The translations under genes were made by a program, and so were the position numbers. This document shows positions 20,430-30,443 of a stretch of 64,000 bases of DNA, in pieces. This stretch comes from Thermoguttaceae bacterium (GTDB taxonomy: Bacteria > Planctomycetota > Planctomycetia > Pirellulales > Thermoguttaceae), in NCBI GenBank assembly GCA_025060325.1, contig JANXBW010000014.1, positions 13,860-77,859 of the forward strand, read 5' to 3'. Under the pieces are notes generated by a model. The model worked only from the letters and a program-made list of their open reading frames with translations. It was not told the DNA's origin and searched no databases. How positions within the stretch are numbered: the first letter of the stretch is position 1; each line of letters begins with the position of its first letter.

Positions 20430-22796
20430 TTGTGTATGCTCCGAGCTACGTGGCTTTTAGTGGTGGCACAAATGGGATGGCTTGCCGCAACTCAAGCCCA
20501 GGGTGGCGAGGATCTTCCGGCTTTCGCCGTCGAACCCAAGGTTAAACCTGTTGTCAACGCCTTCGAAGTACAGGAGGTCGAGCTACTCGGCGGTCCGTTT
20601 TTGCACGCTCAAAAGCTAGACGAAGCGTATCTCCTTCGCCTTGAGCCAGACCGCTTACTCCATAATTTCCGGAAGTTTGCCGGCCTTGAGCCAAAAGGGC
20701 CCATTTACGGCGGGTGGGAATCAATGGGCATAGCCGGTCATTCGCTTGGGCATTATCTGTCGGCTGTCTCGCGGATGTACCGGGCCACGGGCAACCAGGA
20801 ATTGTTGCACCGGATAACCTATATTGTCGACCAATTGGCTGAGTGTCAACGGGCAATCGGCACGGGGTACGTCGCAGGCATTCCGGAAGGCCAACGTGTG
20901 TTTGCCGAGGTAGCCGCCGGCGAGATCCGCGCCGAAGGCTTTTCCCTCAACGGTGTTTGGGTGCCCTGGTATACCATGCATAAGCTTTTCGCTGGGCTCA
21001 TTGATGCCTATCTCTACTGTGGAAACAAACAGGCCCTCGCGGTGGCATCAAAGCTTGCGGATTGGGTCAACGAAATCACCAGGAATCTTGATAATCGGCA
21101 ATGGCAACGCATGCTCGATTGCGAGCATGGTGGCATGAATGAATCCCTTGCGCTACTCTACCTGTATACCGGCAATGAGACTTACCTAGAGCTTGCCCGC
21201 AAATTCTATCATCGGCGGGTGCTTGATTTCCTGGCCCGACAGGAGGACCGATTGGCTGGTCTTCACGCTAATACCCAAATTCCTAAAGTGATCGGAGTGG
21301 CTCGGCTCTATGAGATCACAGGCGAAGAACGATATCGCACAATCGCAACTTTCTTTTGGGATCGCGTTGTCGGCTATCACACGTATGTCAACGGGGGAAA
21401 TAGCGCGGGAGAATACTTCGGGCCGCCCGGACAACTTTCAAATCGCTTGCAGGATACCACCGAGACCTGCAACACGTACAACATGCTAAAGTTGACGCGG
21501 ATCCTCTTTACCTGGTCGCCAGAAGCCCGACTAGCCGATTACTGTGAACGGGCCTTGTGGAATCACATCTTGGCCCACCAACATCCGAAGACAGGGATGT
21601 TTGTCTACAAGGGTTTTTTGGATCAGGGAGCGCGTAAGGTCTATAGCCGGCCCTTCGATTCCTTTTGGTGCTGTGTGGGCACAGGAATGGAAAACCACGC
21701 TCGGTATGGGGAGTATATCTACTTCCGCGATGCGGAGGGGATTTATGTCAACTTGTTTGTCCCCTCTCGAGTTCGTTGGGTGGAGAAAGGGGTAATTATT
21801 GAGCAGGAAACACGCTTTCCGGACGAAGCCCGCACGCGTCTTACCGTCCACACCGATACCCCAGTGGCATTTGCTTTGCGCATCCGGCACCCGTGGTGGG
21901 CGCAAGGAGCACTGGACGTTTCTATCAACGGGGAGGCGGTTTCTCTTCCGTCAAGTCCCTCCAGCTACTTAGTGATCAAGCGGGAATGGAAAGGGGGCGA
22001 TCAGGTGACGGTCGACTTCCCCATGAAGCTTTATTATGAGACTATGCCTGACAACCCGCGGATGATTGCGTTTTTATACGGACCGATCGTGCTTTGCGCC
22101 GCTTTGGAGAATGACGAAGAGATCCCCGTGCTTGTTTATGAGGGAAATTTAATCGAACGTGTGGTGCCGCATTCGGAAGGAGGCCTGCGGTTTGTCACCG
22201 AGGGACTGGGGCGGCCGAGGGATTTAGAACTTATCCCGCTCTTTGCGATGCATGATCGTCGTTATAACGTTTACTGGACTTGGTTAACGCCGGCAGAATG
22301 GCAAAAGCGGGAGGAGGAGCTGGCTCGGGAAAAACGGTTTCGGGAACTTCTAAGTTCGCTTGTCGTCGATGAGGTAGCGATTGGCAACAAGGAATCTGAA
22401 GAGGCTCATGCCCTGGCTGGCGAGCGGACGGAAGCCGGCAGGTTTGCTAACCGGGCTTGGCGGCATGCCCTCGGGGGCGGGTGGTTTTCCTGGCAGCTTG
22501 CGGTCAAGCCCGACCAGCCAATGGCCTTGTGGTGCACTTACTGGGGCAGCGATGACGGCGGTCGGGAATTCGACATCCTTGTAGATGATCGGGAAATCGC
22601 CTTCCAAGCACTTCGGCGAAATGCTCCGGGAAAGTTCTTTGAGCAGGTTTACATCATTCCCGAGGAGTTGACCCGGGGCAAAGAGCGCGTTACGATCCGC
22701 TTCCAGGCCCGGCCTGGCCGAATTGCCGGTGGTGTCTTCGGTTGCCGAACCCTCACTTTGACCGAGGAGTTAAAGGCGATCCTCAAAGAGCGTTAG
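20430..22796 (+). CDS. Glycoside hydrolase family 127-like (beta-L-arabinofuranosidase / DUF1680) protein, secreted
   Basis: Signal-like N-terminus. Family-typical blocks GHSLGHYLSA, HANTQIPK, NGGNSAGEYF, TETCNTYNMLKL and CCVGTG. It has a C-terminal extension. Confidence 0.8.
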   Translation: MCMLRATWLLVVAQMGWLAATQAQGGEDLPAFAVEPKVKPVVNAFEVQEVELLGGPFLHAQKLDEAYLLRLEPDRLLHNFRKFAGLEPKGPIYGGWESMGIAGHSLGHYLSAVSRMYRATGNQELLHRITYIVDQLAECQRAIGTGYVAGIPEGQRVFAEVAAGEIRAEGFSLNGVWVPWYTMHKLFAGLIDAYLYCGNKQALAVASKLADWVNEITRNLDNRQWQRMLDCEHGGMNESLALLYLYTGNETYLELARKFYHRRVLDFLARQEDRLAGLHANTQIPKVIGVARLYEITGEERYRTIATFFWDRVVGYHTYVNGGNSAGEYFGPPGQLSNRLQDTTETCNTYNMLKLTRILFTWSPEARLADYCERALWNHILAHQHPKTGMFVYKGFLDQGARKVYSRPFDSFWCCVGTGMENHARYGEYIYFRDAEGIYVNLFVPSRVRWVEKGVIIEQETRFPDEARTRLTVHTDTPVAFALRIRHPWWAQGALDVSINGEAVSLPSSPSSYLVIKREWKGGDQVTVDFPMKLYYETMPDNPRMIAFLYGPIVLCAALENDEEIPVLVYEGNLIERVVPHSEGGLRFVTEGLGRPRDLELIPLFAMHDRRYNVYWTWLTPAEWQKREEELAREKRFRELLSSLVVDEVAIGNKESEEAHALAGERTEAGRFANRAWRHALGGGWFSWQLAVKPDQPMALWCTYWGSDDGGREFDILVDDREIAFQALRRNAPGKFFEQVYIIPEELTRGKERVTIRFQARPGRIAGGVFGCRTLTLTEELKAILKER

Positions 22797-22845
22797 GATC
22801 CGCCCACTCCGCCGGGCAGCGTCTTGACGCCAAAGGAGGAGGGGG

Positions 22846-23712
22846 ATGCCAGACTGCATAACTCGTCGGCGTTTGCTTGCCACCGCGGTGGGTCAGAGTG
22901 CCTTTGCCCTATTTGCGGTTGATATCGCCCGGGCATCGTCAGGGGCTGAGCCTTCGGCCGGACGGCCTCCCATCATTGTGGACTCGCATGTGCACCTTAA
23001 ACATGGGGATGCTGCGCGTACAGAGTACTCTGCCCGGGCTATTGTGGAGGTGATGGACGCGGTGGGTATCCACCGGTCGGTGGTGTTTGCGATGTCTACA
23101 ACCACGCAGCGGTCGATCGAAATGGCCCGGCAGGCGGCAGAGGAATTCCCCGGTCGGCTAATCCCTTATGTTTATGCCTTGCCTCATTATGAGCGGCCGG
23201 TAATCCGGGAGATTGAAGCGGCCTTAGACACGGGGCTTTTCCGGGGAATTAAAATTCACGCCGGCGAATGCACTCTGGCTGAATATGTCGTCGATCCCGT
23301 CCTTAAGTTGGCCGGTCGACGTGGTGTTCCCTGTCTGATCGATTGTTTGGGAAACGTCGGGGTAGCTCGGCGGATGGCAGAGTCATTTCCCGACACCCGG
23401 CTCATTGTCGCTCATATGGGCAGGTACCTTGCCCGGGACGAAAAGCTTGTTGACCAATTCATAGAGCTTGCCGAGCGTCACCCGAACGTCTTTTTGGATA
23501 CCAGTGGGGTGGTGCTTGTAAGGAAGATTACCGAGGCTGTCAGTCGCCTAGGTTCCGGGCGGCTCATCTGGGGCACAGACGGGCCCCATCCACAGCCCGA
23601 CTTAGTCGCCTTCGCCCGCGCCGAGCTAGAAAAGATTCGCAGTCTTCCCATCACCGACGAGGACAAGGCCAGGATCTTGGGCCGTAATATCCTGGAGCTC
23701 CTAAAGCTATAG
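22846..23712 (+). CDS. Amidohydrolase (amidohydrolase_2 / TIM-barrel metal-dependent hydrolase) with Tat-like signal
   Basis: N-terminus is RRRLLATAVGQSAFALFA. Carries the HxH motif VDSHVHLKHGD, plus VAHMG and WGTDGPH. It starts 50 nt after GH127 on the same strand, so it is a likely operon partner. Confidence 0.7.
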   Translation: MPDCITRRRLLATAVGQSAFALFAVDIARASSGAEPSAGRPPIIVDSHVHLKHGDAARTEYSARAIVEVMDAVGIHRSVVFAMSTTTQRSIEMARQAAEEFPGRLIPYVYALPHYERPVIREIEAALDTGLFRGIKIHAGECTLAEYVVDPVLKLAGRRGVPCLIDCLGNVGVARRMAESFPDTRLIVAHMGRYLARDEKLVDQFIELAERHPNVFLDTSGVVLVRKITEAVSRLGSGRLIWGTDGPHPQPDLVAFARAELEKIRSLPITDEDKARILGRNILELLKL

Positions 23713-23862
23713 CTTGGCCCTCTTGCCCGAAAAAGAGTCTTGTTGATAAATAAGGCCATTCATCCCCCTGGCCCGAACACGGTAGCCAAGGGGGGCTGGG
23801 GCCCACGAAAGGACCCAAGTTTACGACCTTGCAGGCCGACAGTCGGGTGGGGCTTCGCTTTT

Positions 23863-24300
23863 TTATTTGACACCCTTAGCATTCAAATACGGGCCATATT
23901 TCTTGTCACTGCCCAAAACGTGATTCTTGACCCAGTCGGATAAGAATTTAAGCACATCAAGCGTCAAAGTGGCCCGACCCTTGGCAAGGTCTTCCTGAAA
24001 TTGCCGGACCTTCCGCGTGAATTCCTCGTGTTCTTGTTTATGAGCATCTCGCTCCGGATACGCATACATTTGGAAGTAGGCCTCTTCGGAGGCAAAATGC
24101 GTCTTGGCATATTGGACGAGATCGTTTACGATGCCGGCTAGCACTTGATCACTTTTCTTATCCAGCATAGCCTGCCGGAGTGTGTTGAGCATTTGAAAGA
24201 TCTTACGGTGTTGATCATCGAGGCGGACGATTCCCACCGAGTACTGGTCGCTCCATACACAATGGGGAAAAATGACGGGGGCTTGCGGGGTTGTAGTCAT
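23863..24300 (-). CDS. Bacteriohemerythrin (hemerythrin-like metal-binding protein)
   Basis: W-x-YSVG...DDQHRKIF, HFASEE, KQEHEEF and DWVKNHVLGSDKKY match the His/Glu/Asp di-iron ligand pattern. A GGAGG lies upstream of the ATG. Confidence 0.85.
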   Translation of the reverse strand: MTTTPQAPVIFPHCVWSDQYSVGIVRLDDQHRKIFQMLNTLRQAMLDKKSDQVLAGIVNDLVQYAKTHFASEEAYFQMYAYPERDAHKQEHEEFTRKVRQFQEDLAKGRATLTLDVLKFLSDWVKNHVLGSDKKYGPYLNAKGVK

Positions 24301-24412
24301 AGGGAACCTCCATTTGGGACCGATCGAAAGACGAAGTTAATTCCTCGTCAGTTGTTAAATTTCTAGCTTTATCGACTCAAAGCACAGTGTGTTGGGGAAG
24401 TCTCTCCGGGAA

Positions 24413-24850
24413 TTATCGGACACCCTTGGCCTGGAGGAACGGCACGTACTTCTTGTCCGTCCCCAAAATGTGGTTCTTGAGCCAGTCAACAAGGAAACGA
24501 AAGACATTTAGGGACAAGGTGACCTGCCCTTTGGCCAGGTCGTTTTGGAATTGCCGGATTTTTTCCACAAAAATCTCGTGCTCCTTCTTGTGTGCCTCAA
24601 GCTCCGGATAACCATACATCCGCAGATAACCTTCCTCGCAGGCAAAATGAGTCTTGGTGTAATTGGCCAGCTCGCTGACAATGGAGCTAATAACATCCGT
24701 GCCCTTTCTCGCCATCATCGCCTGCTGGAGGGACCCAAGGATCTCAAAGAGCTTCTTGTGCTGATCATCCAACCGGGCAACATTCACCGAGTACTGGGCC
24801 GTCCACTGGCAGGAGGAAACAGCGGGTTGCGCAAGTTGCTGAATGGCCAT
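24413..24850 (-). CDS. Bacteriohemerythrin, tandem paralog
   Basis: Same motif set (DDQHKKLF, HFACEE, KKEHEIF, DWLKNHILGTDKKY). ATG at 24850 is preceded by aaaggaga. The ORF-track start at 24892 is probably too long. Confidence 0.85.
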   Translation of the reverse strand: MAIQQLAQPAVSSCQWTAQYSVNVARLDDQHKKLFEILGSLQQAMMARKGTDVISSIVSELANYTKTHFACEEGYLRMYGYPELEAHKKEHEIFVEKIRQFQNDLAKGQVTLSLNVFRFLVDWLKNHILGTDKKYVPFLQAKGVR

Positions 24851-25463
24851 CGGCCAGGTCTCCTTTGTCGGCTTAGGGTTTTTCAAAATCACCGCTTTGA
24901 ACCGCGATGGTCTCTGGGTGGCAAGGTCGAATACACAAAGGCTTACTTTAGCGGTGAGGCAAAGGCGTGCGCTTGCTCTCTAAGGTGGCGAGCGGTTTTA
25001 CCCAGGACCTGCTCCAGGCTGATTAAAGTAGCCATGGTTTGTCCAAATATAGTTCGCCCTGAGCGTGCGAGAGCTTGGACCACTTGGCCGATTGACCGGC
25101 TTACATAGTCGTTGACCAACAAGTGGAGTGGGAATGGGTCGAATAATCGGCGGGGGAGGTTGAAACGGATTGTACGGAAAAGCCCGGATAGTCGGATAGT
25201 TGTGGACTAGCCGGCGGCAGAAAAGCTCAGGTTACCGTGGCAGGGAAAGCGGGGCCTCTCCGGGCCATGCTACCGAGTGGCTTTTTCGGGGCTTCCTACG
25301 CCTGAAATGGCCAGGGGCTTATTAAGTGGTCGGGCTGGGGTGTGCTTTCCGCTCGGCAGGGACGGGAAGGTCTCCGGCTTTCCCTGACACTCGGCCGGCT
25401 ATCGAGCACATCCCACCGAGACCGTTTGCTAATCGTGTACGAAGCAGATGGGTCGCGGGGCTT

Positions 25464-28187
25464 CTAGCGGCGGGAAAGAACAATCGTCCGCAAAACGTAA
25501 GGAAGCACACCCCCGTGCCGGTAGTAGTCAAGCTCCATTTGTGTGTCGATGCGGACCCTAGCGGGGAAGCGTTTTCGCTCGCCTGAAGGCCCCACCGCTT
25601 CCACCTCCACCAATCCGCCCGGGGTGAGTTTGCCCTCTTCTACGCCGTAAATGTTGAAGATCTCGCGGCCGGATAGGCCCAGCGATTGCCAGGTTTGGCC
25701 GTCGACAAATTGAAGGGGCAAAACTCCCATTCCCACGAGATTACTACGGTGGATCCGCTCAAAGCTAGCCGCCAATACCGCCCGCACCCCCAACAAGCGA
25801 GTGCCTTTGGCGGCCCAGTCGCGGCTGCTGCCCGAGCCGTATTCATGCCCGGCAATAACAACAAGCGGGACGCCTTCTTGTTGATAGCGGATGGCGGCTT
25901 CGTAAATAGTCATGATCTCGCCGCCGGGAAAATGACAGGTGTAACCCCCCTCGCGATCAGGCACCAAAAAGTTGCGTAGACGAATGTTAGCAAAAGTGCC
26001 GCGGATCATCACCTCGTGATTTCCTCGCCGCGCCCCATAGCTGTTGAATTCTTCGGGACGTACCCCCATGGCAATCAGGTATTGTCCGGCCGGGCTTGAG
26101 ACCGGAATCGAGCCAGCCGGTGAAATATGGTCCGTCGTCACCGAGTCCCCTAATAGCGCAAGGACCCTCGCCCCGCAAATTGGGGGGATTGGCGGGGGCG
26201 AAAGTGAAAAATCGGCAAAAAACGGAGCTTCCCGGATATAAGTGCTTGCCGGATCCCACGAAAAAACGGGGGACTCCACTGAAGGCAGTTCGTGCCAGCG
26301 ATGGGGCCCAGGCAGCGCAGCTTCGTAAGCGATTTGGAAAGCATCGTGGGTGATGGCCCCGCGGAGAATGTTGTTAACTTCCTCCGGTTCTGGCCACAGC
26401 TCTCGCAAGTAAACAGGTCGGCCTTGGCGGTCTTGGCCAATTGGCTCACTAGCAAAGTCAATATCGATTCGCCCCGCGAGGGCATAAGCGACCACAAGAG
26501 GCGGACTGGCTAAAAAGTTCGCTCTTACCAGCGGATGGATTCGCGCCTCGAAATTACGGTTCCCGCTTAGCACGGCCACGGCGACGAGGTTCGCCTGACG
26601 AATGGCCTGAGCGACCGGCTCCGGCAAAGGACCGCTATTTCCGATGCAGGTGGTGCAGCCATAACCGACCGTGTGGAACCCAAGGAGATCGAGCGCCCGC
26701 TGAAGACCGCTTCGGGTCAGATAGTCGGTCACTACGCGCGAACCTGGCGCCAAGCTTGTTTTCACAAACGGCGGCACCCGTAGTCCGAGTTCGACCGCTT
26801 TCCTGGCAACAAGGCCGGCAGCGACCATCGCGGTCGGGTTACTGGTGATCGTGCAACTGGTAATCGCGGCCAGCACCACCGAGCCGTGACGCAGTGTGTA
26901 CGATTCGCCGTTAATGTTTATGTCTACACTGCGGTTGCACTCTTCCTCGCCCAGGGCATAACCCCGTTCGGTGACCGGAGCTCGAAGTGTTTTGGAAAAG
27001 AAGCTTGGTACATCGAAGAGCCGGACCCGGTCATGTGGGCGTTTGGGGCCAGCTAACGAAGGTTCGATCGTACTAAGATCCAAAGAAATGACTTTGGTGT
27101 ACCGAGGCGGGGGTGCGTCCAGCCGATAGAAGAGGCCCTGCTCCTTCAGGTAAGCCTCCACCAGTTGGATGTGGCTCCGAGGCCGGCCCGTTAGTTCCAG
27201 GTACTCCAGCACACGTTCATCTGGCGGGAAAAAGCCCATGGTGGCACCGTACTCTGGGGCCATATTGGCCACTGTTGCTCGATCCGGCACGGGCAATTGA
27301 TGGGCGCCGGGGCCGAAAAATTCCACAAATTTGCCAACAACTCCCTCCCGACGAAGAAGGGCGGTAATAGTCAACACAAGGTCCGTGGCGGTGACGCCTG
27401 GGGGGAGCGAGCCTACCAGTTCACAGCCGATGACCTCCGGCAGAAGGAGGGGTATCGGCTGGCCAAGCATGACGGCCTCGGCCTCAATTCCTCCTACACC
27501 CCAGCCTACCACCCCGATCCCGTTGATCATGGTGGTGTGGCTATCGGTGCCGACAAGGGTATCCGGGTAAGCCAAGCGCTGGCCGTCGACCTGTGCCACC
27601 TGGACCACGGTGGCCAGCTTTTCCAAGTTAACTTGATGGATAATTCCCACCCCTGGCGGGATAACCCGCAGATGGCGGAAGTTACGCTGACCCCACTTTA
27701 GAAAGATGTACCGCTCCCGATTTCGCTCCATTTCCAGCCGGAGGTTTTCCTCGAGTGCCTCCGGCCGGCCATAGCAGTCGACCTGCACGGAGTGATCGAT
27801 CACTAAATCAACAGGGACGAGGGGGTTCACCGCTAGGGGATCGCCGCCCAGGCGTGCCACGGCCGAGCGCATGGAAGCCAAATCCACAAGCGCTGGCACC
27901 CCGGTGAAATCCTGGAGGATCACCCGGGCCGGGAAGAAAGGCACCTCTACTTTTCCCGCGGTGCCCGCAGCCCAACCGGCGATGTTGACGACATCCTCCT
28001 GGCAAGCGCGATAACCGTCGCAGTGGCGAAGCACCGCTTCCAGGAGGATCCGGATTGAGTAAGGCAAGAGGTCCAGCTGGACCACCCCTGCCGCCTCAAG
28101 CTGCGCCAGCCGATAGAACGTTACTTCTCCGGCCGGGGTGTCAAGGACGTCCCGGGCACCAAAAGGATTAACTCCGCCAGCGCTCAT
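25464..28187 (-). CDS. acnA: Aconitate hydratase A
   Basis: 907 aa. Conserved blocks are VIDHSVQVD, GTDSHTTMINGIGVVGWGVGGIEAEA, SCTNTSNP-type (here ITSCTITSNP), GCTTCIGNSGPL and GSSRDWAAKG. Confidence 0.95.
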   Translation of the reverse strand: MSAGGVNPFGARDVLDTPAGEVTFYRLAQLEAAGVVQLDLLPYSIRILLEAVLRHCDGYRACQEDVVNIAGWAAGTAGKVEVPFFPARVILQDFTGVPALVDLASMRSAVARLGGDPLAVNPLVPVDLVIDHSVQVDCYGRPEALEENLRLEMERNRERYIFLKWGQRNFRHLRVIPPGVGIIHQVNLEKLATVVQVAQVDGQRLAYPDTLVGTDSHTTMINGIGVVGWGVGGIEAEAVMLGQPIPLLLPEVIGCELVGSLPPGVTATDLVLTITALLRREGVVGKFVEFFGPGAHQLPVPDRATVANMAPEYGATMGFFPPDERVLEYLELTGRPRSHIQLVEAYLKEQGLFYRLDAPPPRYTKVISLDLSTIEPSLAGPKRPHDRVRLFDVPSFFSKTLRAPVTERGYALGEEECNRSVDININGESYTLRHGSVVLAAITSCTITSNPTAMVAAGLVARKAVELGLRVPPFVKTSLAPGSRVVTDYLTRSGLQRALDLLGFHTVGYGCTTCIGNSGPLPEPVAQAIRQANLVAVAVLSGNRNFEARIHPLVRANFLASPPLVVAYALAGRIDIDFASEPIGQDRQGRPVYLRELWPEPEEVNNILRGAITHDAFQIAYEAALPGPHRWHELPSVESPVFSWDPASTYIREAPFFADFSLSPPPIPPICGARVLALLGDSVTTDHISPAGSIPVSSPAGQYLIAMGVRPEEFNSYGARRGNHEVMIRGTFANIRLRNFLVPDREGGYTCHFPGGEIMTIYEAAIRYQQEGVPLVVIAGHEYGSGSSRDWAAKGTRLLGVRAVLAASFERIHRSNLVGMGVLPLQFVDGQTWQSLGLSGREIFNIYGVEEGKLTPGGLVEVEAVGPSGERKRFPARVRIDTQMELDYYRHGGVLPYVLRTIVLSRR

Positions 28188-28779
28188 ATTGGTTCACACC
28201 CAAAGAATGGCCCTGCATTGTTTTAAGTCAGGAGGTTTAAGGACCACACGGGCAAAATCGTCGGCTAATCGGGAAAATTACCGGACCGAGCTTGTCGTGT
28301 TTAGCCGGCCCGAGCGTCGACCGGCAAAAAGGTCAGAAATTTTAGTGGGATGGGTCATTCGGGGCGAGATTGCCGCCGGCAAGTTAGTGCCGGGGCGCCG
28401 AGAATGAGCGAAGACCAGCCACCGCCGAGCACTAGATTTGGGACTAGCCAGCTCCCCAAAACCTGCCCACCAATCGCCGAGCGGGCCGAAGCCGAGTAGT
28501 GTCCCTCGCTGATTAGGATGCCCTGAGAGGGTCCGGGAAGAGGGACTTCGCACCCCCCGGAAGCTTACGTTAGCCGATCGGTGACCTTTGGCGAGCCTCC
28601 CGTTGCAATTTTGGCTTGACCCGCCCGGTTTAAGCAAAAAGCTCCCGACTGAAATACGTCCCCAATACCCTCCGCGCACGGCCCCGCCTTACCCCGATAC
28701 CTGCCACCGCCACTTCCCTCGTGCCACTTGGCGGACCGCAAACCCTACGTGCCGGTGTCGCCAGCTTGCCCGGCGAAAC

Positions 28780-28807
28780 CAGCGGTTTCCCCCTAAAGGA
28801 ACCGCTG
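28780..28807. other. Perfect 8-bp inverted repeat (cagcggtt ... aaccgctg, 12-nt loop)
   Basis: Read directly, in the roughly 1-kb ORF-free region upstream of acnA. Confidence 0.3.
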
Positions 28808-29184
28808 CGCAGCTGTGGGAGCGCACTTGGGGAACATCGACTTTATTGCCGCGACTCCCGGCCGAGCATCCCCCGGTGTAGTGATTGCCCTCGGAAAGAG
28901 GCGAAGTTTACCCCTTGGCGCGGACCGTAGACGTGCTCCAGGTTGGAGAGCCCGCCGATCTCCGCTTGTCGGCGCCTTTGTCGGAAAGACTCCCTCTAAG
29001 TGGCGACCTTCCAAGGCAGTCCGTTAGGCGTTCATTGAGCGGCAAAACGCATCTAACGCCAGCCGGGGTCCCTGACAAACCACCGCTTGAAGGCCGGGTT
29101 TAAGGCCAGGGTCCGTCCGGCGCGGTTACCGTTCCGCTTTTGCAGCGAACAAAACGCCTATGTCCTCGCTGACTGTCAACCGGA

Positions 29185-30078
29185 TTAGTTTCCTGCAAGA
29201 AGGGGTCGGGTTCGAGCTTCCGTAGCGGTGGGGAAATCTGCCGGCACAGGCTGGGTCACTTTCCCAGTAGCTGCCCATTCCGCCCCGCGCTGGAAGAGGA
29301 CAATGAACGCCACGCTTTGTAGCTCCTTGGGCGTGTGACCGAGGGCGATTTGGTACACACGACCCTTCCCATACTGAACGGTGAAGATTATCGGCTCATG
29401 TTCGTCCGAGCCACCTTTATCTTTTGGCGCAAAGGCGGTGGCCAAAACAGTTAGATTCTTAGCCGGGCCACGGAGCCATCCGTAAAGTTCATCCTCAACA
29501 TGCATGAATCGCGGCGGCAGCCCCTGGGTAACCGGGTGGTTCGGTTCCCGAATGTCAATAGCAAAGGCCTGCATCGGGCCGTGGCCGCCGGCTCGACCCG
29601 GCGAATGATCATAAACAATTTTCCCATCGCGCCACCGGACGTAGGGGCCCCACTTCTCGTTGCGACCACCCCAACCGCCCAGGCCGATGATTTCGTTATA
29701 TTCCGGCCAATCCGGGAAGGCAGCACAGGCAAAGTGATAAACCACCACTCCGCCGCCGTTACGCACATAGTCCACAAAAGCCTTCTTGGTCTCTTCCGGC
29801 CAGGGATCGCCTTGATAGTTGAGCACCACGACGTTGTAATCGTGGAACTTCGGTTTAAATCCACTCATATCAGCACCTCTCGGCGGCGAGGTGGTCACAT
29901 CCACGGTAAATAGGCCAGTTTCCTCAAGAAGCCGCTTGAGTACAGGTGTCGTCCCTTTCCAATCATGCGCGTTTTGACCGTCCACAATTAGGGCCCGCAG
30001 TTTCTCAGCAAAGCTGATCCCGGACCATCCTAATGTCAACACGAGGGTAACGCACACGATCAGCCTGCGTCGATGCAT
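29185..30078 (-). CDS. ThuA domain protein (trehalose-utilisation-like), secreted
   Basis: Signal peptide followed by ALIVDGQNAHDWKGTTPVLKRLLEETGLFTVDV, DYNVVVLNYQGDPWPEETKKAFVDYVRNGGGVVVYH and YGKGRVYQIALGH. This is the layout I associate with ThuA. Confidence 0.75.
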   Translation of the reverse strand: MHRRRLIVCVTLVLTLGWSGISFAEKLRALIVDGQNAHDWKGTTPVLKRLLEETGLFTVDVTTSPPRGADMSGFKPKFHDYNVVVLNYQGDPWPEETKKAFVDYVRNGGGVVVYHFACAAFPDWPEYNEIIGLGGWGGRNEKWGPYVRWRDGKIVYDHSPGRAGGHGPMQAFAIDIREPNHPVTQGLPPRFMHVEDELYGWLRGPAKNLTVLATAFAPKDKGGSDEHEPIIFTVQYGKGRVYQIALGHTPKELQSVAFIVLFQRGAEWAATGKVTQPVPADFPTATEARTRPLLAGN

Positions 30079-30443
30079 CGTGGCAACTCCTCTCTTCGAG
30101 TGGTGCTCTCTTCCCTCTACTCTCCCACGCCGACAATCCGCCCAGCGGTCTAGTAGGGCGATTTATAGTCTAACATCACCCATTCGGTCAAAATGTACTT
30201 AGAAGCAAAAGGGGAAAGGGCTTGGTACCAACTCCTCAAAGATCAGGGGTTACGGCTTCATCCTGCTTTCAGTTCTTTTCTGCGGGGCTCTATTATATGC
30301 CGGTTGTGTGACCAAACCGTGTCCACTTTCGTGCCCGCTGCTTCCCTTAAATCAACGAAGCCTGCGTCCTTGCGAAAGTCCCAATGGGTTACTAGGCAGG
30401 AGTGCCCCAAGGGTGGCTGGGGGCATGCCCGCACCAAGCATGG

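Noticed and set aside
23713-23862. Bidirectional terminator between the convergent amidohydrolase and hemerythrin genes
   Set aside because: A T-run (gcttcgctttttta) is present, but I could not find a convincing GC-rich stem immediately upstream. Only 4-5-bp or bulged pairings are available.
24960-25050. 29-aa minus-strand ORF (MATLISLEQVLGKTARHLREQAHAFASPLK) between acnA and the hemerythrin genes
   Set aside because: It is too short, has no RBS and no supporting evidence.
28515-28560. TPP-riboswitch-like CTGAGA motif
   Set aside because: The CTGAGA motif is isolated, without the accompanying ACCTGATCTGGATAATGCCAGCG-type element. No downstream plus-strand gene is present.
28278-28679. 133-aa minus-strand ORF upstream of acnA
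   Set aside because: Arg/Gly/Ser-rich sequence without motifs. It is probably a chance ORF in GC-rich non-coding DNA.
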